In this document: positions 1 through 14,744 of the stretch, one piece after another
Position numbering within the stretch: the first letter of the stretch is position 1
Layout of the letters: each line of letters starts with the position of its first letter
DNA from: Basidiobolus ranarum
Taxonomy: Eukaryota
NCBI GenBank assembly: GCA_040143965.1
Contig: JASJQH010006880.1
Span: 1 to 64,000 of the forward strand
Length of the DNA: 64,000 nt
Reading direction: 5' to 3'
Translations under genes and position numbers: made by a program
The notes under the pieces: model-generated
Told to the model about the DNA's origin: nothing
Database searches by the model: none
Seen by the model: the letters and a program-made list of their open reading frames with translations, nothing else

Positions 1-294
1 TGGTTTTCACTTATTGATTTATTGAGTAGAAAGTTGACATTTATAGTTTTGTCAACATGTTGACAAACTAACATACAGAATGTGTTAAGAAAGGTCCTAG
101 GAACATGTGGGCAAAGTTTAGGGCTTCTAGCACAAGTTTGAAAAGTCTATATATCTGAGAACTTCTAAGTTGGTAAGAATATTCCAAGTATATTCCAATT
201 GAGAATAATTGATAATATCTTAGTGAATTATAAGATAACTAAGTACTAAGCTATATATGACTATATAGGTGTTTAGGCAATGATAATTTCAACA
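1..294 (+). repeat. Dispersed non-coding repeat, copy A (truncated by window start)
   Basis: Colinear with 55259-55530, e.g. shared gggcttctagcacaagtt and taagataactaagtactaagctatatatgactatataggtgtttaggcaatg. Reverse complement of the copies at 61773 and 62241. Confidence 0.95.
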
Positions 295-943
295 CAAAAT
301 ACTTCAACAATACCATTGTTGTTTGAATATCACACACAATGTTGAGAAATGAAAAAACACATTTGTTCGCATTCAAGTCAGAATTTGGTCCAGAGTCAAT
401 AATATATACGATATATCCAGCTATCCAAGAAATTTAAGCCAGCGTCAGATCTAGATTATGGAATGTAACACTGTTCATTCCATCTACTATATATTAGTTT
501 CATATGCTCGAGATACCAGTCAAATCCTGACCCAACTGGAGATATTTGTTTCTAATCCGAACATATTGGCCATTTGCACTCACATGGTCCTCACATGCAC
601 AACACATTCTGCATATTAATTAATGGCCAATAAACAGGCAAGTTGTAATCATGGAGACACATTACCTACTATTTGGAATAGTTGGAAGCAGGTCAAGTAT
701 AGGAATCGGATCAAAAGCAATGATTGGCTATTGGGATGTTTTACTTAAACTAAGTTAACTACATATTTATACAAATAGTACTATAAGTTAAAGTATTATT
801 ACAGGTAGTCTTAACGAGGAGTGTAAAGCGTGACAATTAGTCGCAAAAAAAGTTTACCAGAGTCCGAAAAATATTTGGCTTACTTCCTTCGTACTCCAGT
901 TTATTCTTAATTACCCGTTCTTTGGAGCGAGTTTGTTCTCAAG

Positions 944-2345
944 ATGAAAAAGTCCGAGCCACAAGTACAGTCTCTTTTTCAGACACTTCAGATTTGGTCC
1001 TCTTTGGCATTTCAAATTTCCCTCACTGATTGGCTAACAATAGCCGCCCTGATTTTTGGAGGATGTTGTAGTAATGTATTTACCTTGGAAGTATTAATTG
1101 GGTATGCTTGCACTCGGATCGTACATCTTTATGTTGATGTATTACTCACCTCTATTTACTTAAAGAGGGGCTAAGAAAAGTGGAAATCTCGTAACCTGCG
1201 CACAATTCTTATTCGTCTCTTTTGATGGATTGACCCAGCATTTATACTTTCCTAAAGAAACATATCTTCCACGCCTCAAAGAACGAAAGGTTCCGGTAAT
1301 TTCTTGGCTCATCATGGTGGTGTTGTTTTTTTCTTTATCCGTCATGAACAACTTAGCACTTGGTTATCACATTTCAGTACCACTTCATATTATATTCCGA
1401 TCAGCTGGTCTTATGTTCAACATGATCCTAGGGTGGCTCATTTTAAACAAGAGGTACTTGAATTATTACCTTTGAAATTTTTTCACCGAGTGGCCATTCT
1501 CATGATTGCATTATGTTAGATATTCGATGAAACAAGTTGTTGCTGTCATTCTTGTATCCATTGGTGTTACTGCCGCTACTTTAAGCTCTGCAGATACTAC
1601 CCAGGTAAACTTGTACCAAAGTTGTGTTGAGTAGAGGCAAACTAATCCCTTCTCCTCAAACATAGAATGCATCGCATGATCACATGAACTATAGTGATTG
1701 GATAATTGGAGTCACTTTGCTTCTCATTGCCATTATTCTTTCATCTCTCCTTGGGCTCTATCAAGAGGTGGTGTACAAGAAATATGGAAATCAATGGCGT
1801 GAAAGCTTATTCTACACGGTAAGACTCTTTTGGAAAGTGTTATTTGATGGAATAATGCTAATAGAGACATTGTAGCATTTCCTCTCTCTTCCATTCTTCG
1901 CCTTCTTTTATCAAGACATTCTGGAGCAGCTTCAACTGTACTTCGCCTCGGAGCCGATGAAACTGAGCCAGATATTCGAAGGGCTTCCTCTTTATGGTAT
2001 TGCCCAATCGATTTTGGGGGATTTGGCGTGTCCGAAATTAGTTCTATTCCTGATATTTAATATTCTTACCCAGTAAGTACATGTTCTTAACTAAGCATGT
2101 GAATAGCATCTGACCTATATTCTGGTAGGTATGTCTGTATCTCTGGTGTTCACCGACTTACCGGAATGGCCACTTCATTGACGCTGAATCTAGTACTAAC
2201 GCTTCGTAAGCTTGTTAGTCTGGTCATTTCAGTATGGTACTTTAACAATGACCTGAGCTTCGAAGCAATGGTTGGATGCTCCATGGTATTTTTGGGCACC
2301 GTATTATATTCCATGGGCTCCAATAGCAAGAAGAAAGCCTCCTGA
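944..2345 (+). CDS. YEA4: UDP-GlcNAc/UDP-xylose transporter, Yea4/SLC35B4 family (multi-exon)
   Basis: Motifs LIFGGCCSNVFTLE, MNNLALGYHISVPLHIIFRSAGL, WRESLFYTH and TSLTLNLVLTLRKLVSLVIS across GT-AG introns. Ends KKKAS, a KKxx-type signal. Confidence 0.9.
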
Positions 2346-2642
2346 TATAAATAATGATACCAACACTTAGAAACCTCGATTACTAGAGAAAATAAAGGAA
2401 TTGTTTGAATATCTAATACTACTCTTGGACCTTATGAGCATGCTATGACTACTTCTATATTGATATTCACTAGACCCATCCGCTAGACACATCACAGTTT
2501 GAGATACATCTTGGTATCTCGTAGCTGTTTGACCCAAACCCCCCTTCACTTCACCAATTTAACTATATGATAACATGTGGGTTAAGTAACGACAATTTAT
2601 TGATTATTGACAAGAAATTGCTAGGAAAAGAAAATGAATGGT

Positions 2643-3019
2643 TTAATCGAAAAGACCGAAACCCATATCATCATCAGACTCTTCCTTGGCCTCTTCCTTT
2701 TCTTCAGCAGCAGGGGCATCTTCGGTGGAAGCACCGGCAGCAGCACCACTAGCAGCAGCGGGGGCAGCGCCTCCAGCACCAACATTCATCAACAAATCGC
2801 CAATGTTCTTACCAGCCAAAGCTTTGGCAAAGAGAGAAGCCCAGACAGGTTCAACATCAACACCAGCGGCCTTGGTGAGGGTAGAGAGCTTGTCAGCCTA
2901 GATTGTAGGATTAGTATCTGTTATAGTGACTATTCCATCCATCAACTACTTACGGTGATCTCAACACCATCATCTTGAAGGATGAGGGCGGCGTATACAA
3001 TAGCTTGTTCAGAGGACAT
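2643..3019 (-). CDS. RPP1: 60S acidic ribosomal protein P1 (exons 3019-2954 and 2897-2643)
   Basis: Manual translation [49 protein letters not shown]...[13 protein letters not shown], with a 56-nt GT-AG intron. Absent from the ORF track. Confidence 0.97.
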
Positions 3020-3759
3020 CTTTTAAATTAAACAGAAAAATTCGTGATACGCAAGTAACGATTTAACTCCTGAGGAGATACAAGACGCTTGAGCACGAAA
3101 GAGGGAAAGAGTTTCCTTCAAACATATTGCCTTTTTGATATCAAAATTCACCAAAATCTTCCACCTTACCTTGAAGTATCATTGGCTGATCATAGTCAGA
3201 GATTAGTCGCGAAATTTTTACATGAAAAAAATAAGCCAGGTCCTTGAGCCTCGATGATCTCACCCAACCCTAAGAATTGGAAAGATCTGAACTAGCCTAA
3301 CCCTAATTATCACAACACTCATCTCCAAATCGAATTTGTTACATACGAAAACAATTGATCTTGATTAGTTCTTTGTTAATCGCTATTTGGTGTCATCACC
3401 AATAAAAAAATCTCTTTGTTGGCAATGTGAATGTAAACAATAGGTGCCAATTCGTGATGATTATTGAGAGCTATAAATAATCGTATTTTTCACAAATAGC
3501 TGATTATTGTAACATGTTGAATCAATGCTCAGGGAGTATATCAAAAATAGATACTAATGATTGGACTACATAGTAAACAATCCAAACAACCGTTGAACGA
3601 ATCGAAATAGTCAGTTGAGTTCCATTATATAAACAATATTGGTTACCTAGAAGTTTGCTCATCTTAGTACTGTGAATTTTATTCGCCTTTAGAAAGTAAA
3701 CTCTTTTCGTGTCAGTCTGTTGCGAAAAGTATTGTAAAGCAGCCACTTCATACATTCTA

Positions 3760-6663
3760 ATGCTTTTATTTCATGATGCTGCAGGCTTACAAAGCCCGAA
3801 TAAAAAGGTACTTAATAAAAATCACCTTCTTTAGAAGCCATACTAAATTTCTTCTCCAGAAGAATCAAGTCGAACAGAAAACACCAAATTCCTTGCAAGC
3901 CAATCTCAAAGCCATATTCACTAGGTTCGATTATGACAACAAAGGCACAATCGTCGCTGAAGATCTTTTTCCAATACTGGACCTATTCGAACGTGAACAA
4001 GGCATATCTTTACTCGATGCAGAACCTAAAGGTCTTTTGAACAAATTTTGTCAGAAAAATAGTGATCTCGAGTTATCAGCTGAAGATCTCCATCGACTTA
4101 TCTCCCAATTATCTTCACCCTTAAACATTCGCACACCAAGTAAATCTCCAAGAATTTCCACTCCTCGTTCTCACTCGGCATTGGGTTTCGTTCACCCATT
4201 GTCACCTCTCTCCTCTCGAAAAAGAACCACACCCATTATTTCAAAAACTATTAGTACAAAAAAAGTTGCTGTCAGTAGCTTAAGACGTAGAAGTTTGTCC
4301 CAAAGTGGCTTTCCGAGCAGACTATTTTTTGACAAAGAGGAGAGAAAATTGTCACCACACTTTTCGAACACTTCTCATTCAATCATTGAAGAAGATAATC
4401 CTGGTTCGGTTATTTATAGTCGTAGTTTATTTTTGAGCGATTCAGCTGATAGTCTTGATTCACCTCGTCAGGTACTTTTATTTTTATTGCTCATACGGTA
4501 CTTCAAAATACTAACCTTCATAATTAACCTGCATTTAGCTTGACATGATCGACAAAATAAAGACACCAAAATCAGCGCGTCATTATCGTGATACGATAGA
4601 GTCATGGCGTGAGCGTTCCTATGAAGCAAGTTCATGGATTTCTTCTGCTTCCGAAGGAGATGTAAGTTATGAGGGATTGGAAGGAGAAAAAGCTCGACTG
4701 GAGTTTGAGGTGAGTTTTACCCATTTTGAGGTTTTACAGTCTGTAAGCTGACTGTATTATGTTAACGAAATATATAGAGAGATGAAGATCTTTCCTCTTT
4801 ACAGATTAGTCACCTCAATAGGATAACCGTCGATTTGAACAAACGACTTCGACAGGCAGAGAAAAGCTTGAATTTTTCAGTTCATCAACATGAGGATCGG
4901 ATTAGCGATTTGCAACATCGTATTGATGATATGCATAATGAATTGGTGATCAAGAAAAGGGACATTCAGGAATTGAAAGGTCACGAAAAAACCCATTTGG
5001 CACAAATAAATATGGTATGCCTTATGTATTCCTCACAACCTTTTTGTAACTACCGACTCAGTCGTTTTGATAGCTTGAATCAGAGGTTGTTTCTGTTTCC
5101 CGACTCTTGACCCACCACAAAAATATGTATTCCGATCTCAAACGGCAATGCGAGGAAAAGAAAGGTAACTATGTTTAGCTCTCTGTGGTTTTCGTCATTT
5201 AACTTACAAATCATGGTTTTACCCAGCCGAAAATGAGAATTTCCAGCAGCAGTTGAGATACAAGGAAAAAGAACTTTGCGAAGCTGAGGCGGAGCTCCTT
5301 ACATTTGCATCTGAGCAGAAAAAGGTATCGTATATATCGAATATCTTCTATTTCTTAGATGAGATTATTTATCTTCATTAAAAGTTTCAGGAAGAGCGAA
5401 CAACTCTGGAGAAGCATATTGCTAGACTTGAAAATGAGGTCAGGTTTGCTCAAACACTGGAAACAGAGGTTAATGAGCTTCAAGAAGAAAACCATTATTT
5501 AAGGAACGTTGTTGAAAATCTGCGTAATGACTTGGATGACGCTATCAAAGGCATTCATAACAGTTCGGGTAGAGAATCTGAGATGCATAGCTATCAGCGA
5601 GGCGAGGTAATTATTTCGTTATAATTTGTGGTATCCGAGTGATACTAATATAACTATAATTTTGTGCAGAATTTACATTCCGAGTTGGCACCCCTGTTAC
5701 AGAAAAACTCCGATCAGAGTAAACATACTCAAATTGTGCCAGACTCCGACCAACGTGAGAATCTCGACCTAAATGTAAGAATTTGTAGGTTTGAATCGTT
5801 GAAGTATCTGTCTAAACTCTTATGAAATAATAGAGTACTATCAAATACGCCAATGCCTTGGTGGATGAGAACAACTTCTTCAAATCTCAGGTAGATGACG
5901 CCACGCAGAAATGGATGGATGGTAAGTTACAAATGTCATAATCGTCGCTTTGTGATGCATATAGTAACTTTCTTCAGCATTGGAGCAACTTCAACAAGCA
6001 AAATCCTCCGTCAAAGAAGAAAGGGAAGCTCTATTAGCTGAAATCGAACATCTTCGCAATCCTATTCAAGTTCCTGTTTCTCACCAAGATATGATCACTC
6101 AATGCGACCTACTTTCAGTGACCGATTCGTTAGTTGACGCTTCGGTCCAGTATGAATACCCCGAAAACCTAGAAGAGGCGATCGATACCACTCCCAATGC
6201 TATTGCCCCATGCACCACCAAATTAGTAGTAAATTTAGAAGAGCATCAGTTGTTAGAAAATAGCTATCAAAAACTGACCAAAGAATTTGATTCTCAGAAG
6301 ACAATCATCAACGAGCTATTAACGTTAAATGACAGTCAAGCCCATACCGTTTCTGCAGCATCTAAATATGATACCAACACCGTTGGACATACTCTTGGGG
6401 GTCATTCTCAAACGTTGTTGAAATTGATCATGTATACTTTGATGATATTTGTTTTGGGCATTCTATCTAGTATCATATTATCCAACCTATCCTTTTACAC
6501 TGAATCCACCAACGCTCTTGAGGATTCCTACATGGACACTTCATCGTGGATGACTCAGGTATCGAATGAGATTTACCATTCAAACACTAGTGCATTCAAA
6601 TTCATCACCCAGTGGTTTAATATTTTCAGTGATGACAATGACATGGTTCAAATTCCGACTTGA
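3760..6663 (+). CDS. EF-hand-like / long coiled-coil / C-terminal single-TM protein, Kms1/KASH5-like (multi-exon; start 3760 or 3773)
   Basis: N-terminal LKAIFTRFDYDNKGTIVAEDL resembles an EF-hand loop. Spliced exons join into a long heptad-rich region. Hydrophobic helix LIMYTLMIFVLGILSSIIL near the C-terminus, which ends VQIPT*. Confidence 0.7.
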
Positions 6664-7554
6664 ATGATCGTTGTCATGCTAAATATTCCCTGGTGGAGCA
6701 CAGAGTACTCTCAACATACATATGCATATATCTTCCTATCTTTTTATTTATTCTTCGTGTTTATGCTTTACAACTTTCACTTGATATACTTCCAAGGTAA
6801 ATAAATGAGTTCACCCTTTTCGTATCATGCACATGGCAGGGTATCAGTGGTAGCATTAGCAATAGTAGGGTATCAGCAGTACCCAGGCAATGGATACTCG
6901 ACACATGGAATCAGGATTGGCAATAGGTGATGTTTAAGGTGTTGTTTGCCTGGATCATCAAATACCACTTAACCTTACCAATCTCACAACACACAATTAA
7001 TCTGATGTTTGAGCGACCATTTTCGTGATTTTAAACCAAGCCAATGGCTATATATATCGTGTACTCATATCATGCTTACTGCCAATGAAGATGCATGTAT
7101 ATTACGTGTAACCTGTAGAGATACAGTACAACATTTTCCCATCATAATCTCAGTTCCTCATATTATTATTGAAATTATTCGAACTGTAAGCGTGATGGAG
7201 TTCGCTGGGATTACTTCCATATTGAGTGATTTGGTTAACATTTGATTGAAAGAAGAAATAAATAAATTCAAAGTAGATTTCGATATGGTATTGGAATCCC
7301 CCAATTCACTCTAGGCGGTGAATAGGACATCGCAATCTTGATAGGAGGGGCTAATACTGTTTATAGACACTTTCGAACACAGTACAGTTCTATCGTTAAT
7401 TCACTTTTCACTTTTCCCTTTCTTTCAAAACTATTACGTTCATTTTTGACTTCCGTTTATTGTTACTATAGAAGTACACTCTTTTTGAGAACTTTACTTA
7501 ATACTCAATACACCCAACCTAATTCAAGCTATATTGCTCAACTACACATCTTCC

Positions 7555-10500
7555 ATGATGAGTAGACAAGAGCCTTTTTCGGCCACTGATGGCTCACGTA
7601 TCCCCCTGCTAAAAGCCTACCGTACTGGTGAAGCTCAAGACTTTATGACATCAGAACCCATGGGGCTATCAGGTGGAGATGGTTCCTCATCTATAGGTCA
7701 AAATGACGCTGAATACAGTTTTCCCTCTTCGAGGGATTCTACAGGAACTACTAGTCGAATATTTTCTGGTAAACATCAAAGTAGAATTTATTCCAACTTA
7801 ACTGGGATAGGTTAGAGCTCACTATTGTTATTTCTCTTTTGAATATTATTATTCTTGATATCTAACGTTCACCTAAAACTATAAAGAAAGTACCTTAAGA
7901 CCACCTCGTGGTCAACATGTTAGAAGTAACTCTGATGGAGAGTTCACAAGAATGTCTCGTACTAGTGAAACCATGAGTCTCTCTAAAAAGAAGGTTCTCA
8001 TTTACCCAGCATTATTATCTAAAGTAGCCGAGGTTTTCCGAGAAAAGATAGTACTACAAAATCTTATGAAAGACTCGCTGGAGTATAAAGATTGCTTTAC
8101 AGGACGGGAGGCGGTTGTAAGTATGCATTGTGTCTATCGATATACTGACATGGTAGTAACTTTGATCGAATTCTAGGATATAATTTGTTACATCATTCGT
8201 ACTAGTGATAGGAATCTGGCCTTACTTCTAGGTCGTGCGCTAGATGCACAGAAAATGTTTCATGATGTTACGTATGAGCATAGACTCAGAGATAGTTTAA
8301 ATGAATTGTACAAATTTGATGAGTTGATCTCCACTTCATACGATGAAGACGAACCAGATAAAAACTCTACCAGCCTGGAAGATGTAGATTCTGGACCTAC
8401 GGTGAATGGAGTGTTTACTTTGCTAGCTGGTTGCTACTCCCCAACATGTACTCGGGATAAACTTTGCTACAGTATTGCCTGCCCTAGACGACTCGAACAG
8501 GTACCACCCATCGCTTCATTGGTATATACATTCCCTCTAACAGTTAATTCCAAACATAGCAAGCAAGATTAAATATGACCCCTAGCGCTGGCCTGAAACG
8601 AACCGAGAGTCGTTCTTCACTTCAAGACAAACAAGTAGTCATCCAGTTTTCTGAGTGATTTACCAGTATCTCTTCTTAACCCATTATTTTAGGAGAAACA
8701 AGATTTCTGGATTAACTCTGTCCCTAAAGATATCGTTGATTCAGTTTCCAAAGAAGAACAAAAGCGACAGGAAATCATCTTTGAAGTCATCTATACCGAA
8801 AGAGACTTTGTTCGTGATCTTGAGATTCTGAATGAGGTATGTTGTGTCGCACCAAAATCCCTGGGTAAATTTTTATTGACTTGGGAATTTCATAGCTCTA
8901 CATGGCTCCGCTGATGTACGCCAGTGTGATTGAAGAGACAAGAAGAGAATCCTTTGCTCGCGATGTGTTCTACAATGTGATGGAGGTATACTCTGTTGGA
9001 TCTAAACTCAGTGATGATCTTATTAAAAGACAGAATGAGAGGGCTGTCGTTGAGCAAATTGGGGATGTTTTCCTAAAGCATGTTGGAAATTTCAAACCTT
9101 TCGTCAGCTATGGTGCTCATCAAATCTACTCCAAACATTGTTTGGAGCTGGAAGCTAAGCGTAACCATAGATTAGCTAAGTTCTTGGAGGTAAGATGAGC
9201 TATACATTTGATATCAACCTTCTTTCTTAACTGGTATCTAATAGGAGAGAGAACGCTTACCGGAGTCTCGTAAGTTACCGATCTATAGTTTCTTGGGACG
9301 TCCAACTACAAGACTTGGTCGTTATCCTTTGCTTCTTGAGGCGGTAGTCAAACATACTCCTGACGGTCATCCCGATAAACGTGATTTGCCCATTGTCATC
9401 AAAGCTATCAAAGAACTATTGTCTCAAGTCAATACTGAGACTGGTCGTGCTGACAATAAACTTCGTCTGACCAAGCTTAACGATGCACTCTTCTCAAAGA
9501 ATAATGATATCAAGGTCAGGTGAAGATTCTCTAGAGTGAGAGTTATTCTTATCTAATATATAATTTCGAACATTTATAGGAATTAAGATTGTTGGATGAG
9601 AGTCGTCAATTAATTAGAGATGGTCCGATCAAAAAGCGTTCCGGTGTGGAACAAGTAGAATTGACCATGTTCTTATTCGATCATGCTTTGCTACTTACTA
9701 AAAAGAAGAAGACCAAAGATTCCGACTTCTACGAATATAAAGTTCATAAGAAAGTAAGCATCAACTATGAGCTCTTGTATTAATTACGTACTTATTCATC
9801 TATCGTTTAAGCCAATCCCACTGGAACTTCTCTCTTTATCTTCCACGGATGAAGCGATCCCTAGAGTGGTCACAAGGCGCTCTAGCGCTGTCTTTATGGG
9901 GAAAGGCCATCTTCCCGGAACAGTCACTCCTAAATATATCTCAGAAATAGGAAAAGGAGGGTATCCCCTTACAATTACTCATCTAGGGAAGAATGGTGGC
10001 AATCATACTCTATACGCTGCCAGTCAAGCTGATCTACAGATGTGGAAGGAGAAGATAGAGCAACAGCGAACTTTAATTACTGAAAAGAAGATGAAATTCG
10101 ACATGGAGGTATTGACGGATATAACATTTAATACTACCAACAAAGTAACCTGCTCCGCCGTTGTCGGTAAGTACTTCTGAGACTGTGTTGTTTAGTCCTT
10201 TGGAAATAACCCCATTCCTCTTCAGATTTTAGCAAGACGATTGTCATCGGAGCTGAAGATGGTATATATGTTGGAGTTGAAGGATCGCGCAAGAGTTTTA
10301 GAAAGGTCATTGATATTGAGAGAGTGTCCCAAGTTTCCGTATTGGAGAGCTATAATATTCTACTTGTATTGGCAGGTAATGTGATTCTCAGAACTTCACT
10401 ATTGATGGTCATTGTGGTATTAACCATTCCCGTCGGACTATCTAGATAAGGTTCTTGTTACCTTTCCGCTGGGGACACTGGAGTCTACAGAGCTGGTGAG

Positions 10501-11526
10501 CATCAAACGCTCCCGAAAGATCAGCTCACATGTTAGCTTCTTTAAAGTTGGTGTTTGCTTGGGGAAGACATTGGTTTGTGTAGTCAAATCCACTGCCCTT
10601 TCTTCCACGATTAAGACATACGAACCAATCCCCGTTGACACCACCAAGAAAAAGAGCTCTCTAGGAAAGAGACTATTAATTAGAAGTGGTGGTGATGGGA
10701 TGAAAGTATACAAGGTTGTTTGACAAACTACCACGAAGAGTTAATTGTATCAGCTACTCACATACTCTTCCATACAGGAATTCTACATCCCCACTGAGTC
10801 CTCATCGGTTCATTTCTTAAAGTCGAAGTTGTGTGTTGGATGTACTAAAGGGTTTGAGATTGTTGATCTGGAATCACTCAATACTCAAGGTTTGTAGTTT
10901 GTTTCCATGGAAAATGTAGCGCAAAATGATACTTACATCTCCATCTAAAGACCTGTTAGACCCAGCTGACGAGAATCTGAGCTTTGTTTTGAAAAGAGAA
11001 AACATTCGACCCGTCAGCATCTTTAGAATCCGAGATGGAGATTTCTTGCTGTGCTATGACGGTATTGTAGTAAGCTGTGCTTGAACACCTAGTCTAAGGA
11101 TACTAATGCTGGATTTGTTTTTTTGTTTGTACCTAGAATTCGCGTTCTACGTTAATAAGAATGGTCGAAGATCACGCCCTAACTTCATTATCAACTGGGA
11201 GGGATCTCCATCTGCTTTCGGTAGAGTAGTTTCTTAATCTGGAGAATACAGAATAGCACTAAACTTTCTATTGATTTTCTCTAGCTCTTCAATATCCATA
11301 TGCTATTGCATTTGACCCCTCGTTTATTGAGATTCGACACATCGAGACTGGGGAACTTGCACAGGTGATTATTGCCAAGAATCTACGTCCACTCTGCATC
11401 GACAATCAGGCCATACACTGTGTCGTTGACTCGATTCTTGACTACCAGAGTGTACTAAAATTACAGCTTCGAACTGAAGAGCCCTTAGGCCCTGATTCAG
11501 TGGAGCAGAAGGTGAATGGAAGATAG
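7555..11526 (+). CDS. ROM2: Rho1 guanine nucleotide exchange factor, Rom1/Rom2/Rgf family (DEP-DH-PH-CNH)
   Basis: YPALLSKVA, KDCFTGREAVD (DEP), CYSPTCTRDKLCYSIACPRRLEQ, KRQEIIFEVIYTERDFV (DH), RPTTRLGRYPLLL, FLFDHALL (PH), FYIPTESSSVHFLKSKLCVGC (CNH). Confidence 0.93.
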
Positions 11527-12013
11527 GCGAGCTTAATCACACTACATCTCTAGTCATCCAACATCCCACTACTCTTAACCATCCCACCTCGTCATACCCT
11601 ATGAATGTACAATGTGTCATCTAAACTTCTCATTCCCCCTAATCCATATCATCCATTGTATTTTTCACTGGTCCTCAGATAGCACCTTTACCTCGTGTTT
11701 CCTTAGGATTTCCCCGTTGACAACCTAGATACTTACATCTCAATAATTTTACATAAGGCATAGCACTTAGATTGTAGTGCACTAAATTCAGTAGATTATT
11801 AAAACCAAATCAAGACATTCCAACTTCTATCGCGTATTTCCTAGTAAAATCGAAGTAAAAAAAACCTCAAGAGCAGTCAACACATTATAGTGTATGAATG
11901 AAATTAAAAAAAAAAAAATTGAATACAAAGTACGATTATAATAAGTATCGAATATTTTTTCCATTCAATAGATTATTTATTTTGAAAAGGAATCTTTGTA
12001 TATTCTTACTACC

Positions 12014-13117
12014 ATGTCGAAATTAACTTCCGCCGATTCTTTAGAAGACGACTTTTACTTTTCCGGTTCAGCAAGTGAAGGGGAAATAGAAGAAACGAAA
12101 CCAAATGAGACCACGTCTGATGTTGAACCAACAGAAGAGGAACTTAACTCTAAAAAAAGAAAACTAGAAACCAAGAAAGCTAAAAAAACCAAGGTATTAT
12201 TGGAATGGTTTCATTAAATATGAATAACTTTCTAAAAAATCAACTATTTTTTTTTGGCGGGGGTTTTCTTCTCTTCTAGAAACCTAAGAAAGCATATGCA
12301 CTAACCAAGGAATTCAGCAAAATGTCTAGTACAGAGTTATCAGAGTTTTATTTTGAAAAACAACGGGATTGTCGTTCACAATTATCAGAATTGGAACTAC
12401 AAGAGTTACAGTTTAAGGGTAAACTTACTATTCTCAAAGAAAAAGAAAGACCGACCAAATGATTGAATTGTATTGATTTTATATTAGAGAGTTGCTTTGT
12501 CGATACTCGGGAGTTTGAACTTGAACATACCCTAGAAAATCTTACTCAAGTATTGCAAAAAAGTGAGCTACCTTTACTTTATATAACGACTAATCCTTGT
12601 GTTTACTAACCATATGGTTCAAGTTATTCCTACCTACAAAGCCACATTCGTTAGAAAACCGGCGAAAACCGGTGCACCTACTCTTATGATTATCTGTAGT
12701 TCAGCTATCAGAGCCGTAGATGTATGCAGGTAAATACCTCTCAAGAAACCAAGAAATTCATCCCATTATCCTAAACCCATTAATTTCTAATATAGAGCAG
12801 TAAAGAATCTCACGAAAACATGTCCAGTTGGAAAACTTTTCGCCAAGCATAAGAAGTTAGCGGAACAAATTTCCTTCCTTAAAGCATTCAACTTTAATAT
12901 CGCCATTGGCACACCTAATCGTATTATGAAAATTCTGGACGATTCGGATGCACTCAACTTGGAGAGATTAGCCATTTGTTTGATTGATTGTCATCGTGAT
13001 CAGAAAGAACGTACTATATTTGACATTCCTGAATGTCGTGGAGATCTTTTCTCTCTTATTGGTAACCATTTAACACCTCTTCTCAAGGAAGACAAGTTGA
13101 AGTTGGTCTTCTATTAG
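12014..13117 (+). CDS. CMS1: Cms1/CMSS1 U3-associated pre-ribosome protein (multi-exon)
   Basis: DSLEDDF at the N-terminus, ICSSAIRA, GKLFAKHKKL, IGTPNRI, DCHRDQKERTIFDIPE. Confidence 0.88.
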
Positions 13118-13314
13118 ATATTTTTTTGAGGGTAATTCATTAGATATGTATGTTAGACGCACATTCAATTAAAAAATGGTTTTATTAAAACGACAAGTTC
13201 TCCTCATTCACTTCATTTACACGTGGGCATACACTCTGACTCGTAAATCAACCTGGGAGGAGATCAATGGAATTTAAATAAAGGGAGATGAATATCGATT
13301 AAGTGTTGAATACA

Positions 13315-14320
<1,006 letters not shown>

Positions 14321-14744
14321 CTAACCGTAGCTACGCAGACAAATAGTAGTTGTAATTTGAAAATTTGGTTGCGTAATATCGTCAATGGAATATCCTCCTA
14401 GGATCCAACATGTTTACGTCGATGCAACCCCCGAGCCAAAATGCTATTACGCAATGTAAAAATTATGATGATTAGTTTTCTTGGTTTCTGCTTAAATTAT
14501 TCCTCATTGATTAATTCTGATGCGAATCCTGATTACTTGATTTCCATCTGATTCAGAAATCTAGTGACAAATGAACTAGCAGTGTTGCTCTTTCGATACA
14601 ACTGATCTATTGGATATTTGGTGTTTTATTGAATAGCCTCCTTTTCATAGCAATAGTTAGGATCAATCAAAGATTTATGTCTTTGTAAATGTTTATTTTG
14701 TTACAAGTGGGGAAGAGTAAATAGTTCCAAGATGGAAAGCATCC

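Noticed and set aside
2567-2978. Three plus-strand ORFs in the track
   Set aside because: Antisense shadows of the minus-strand RPP1 gene.
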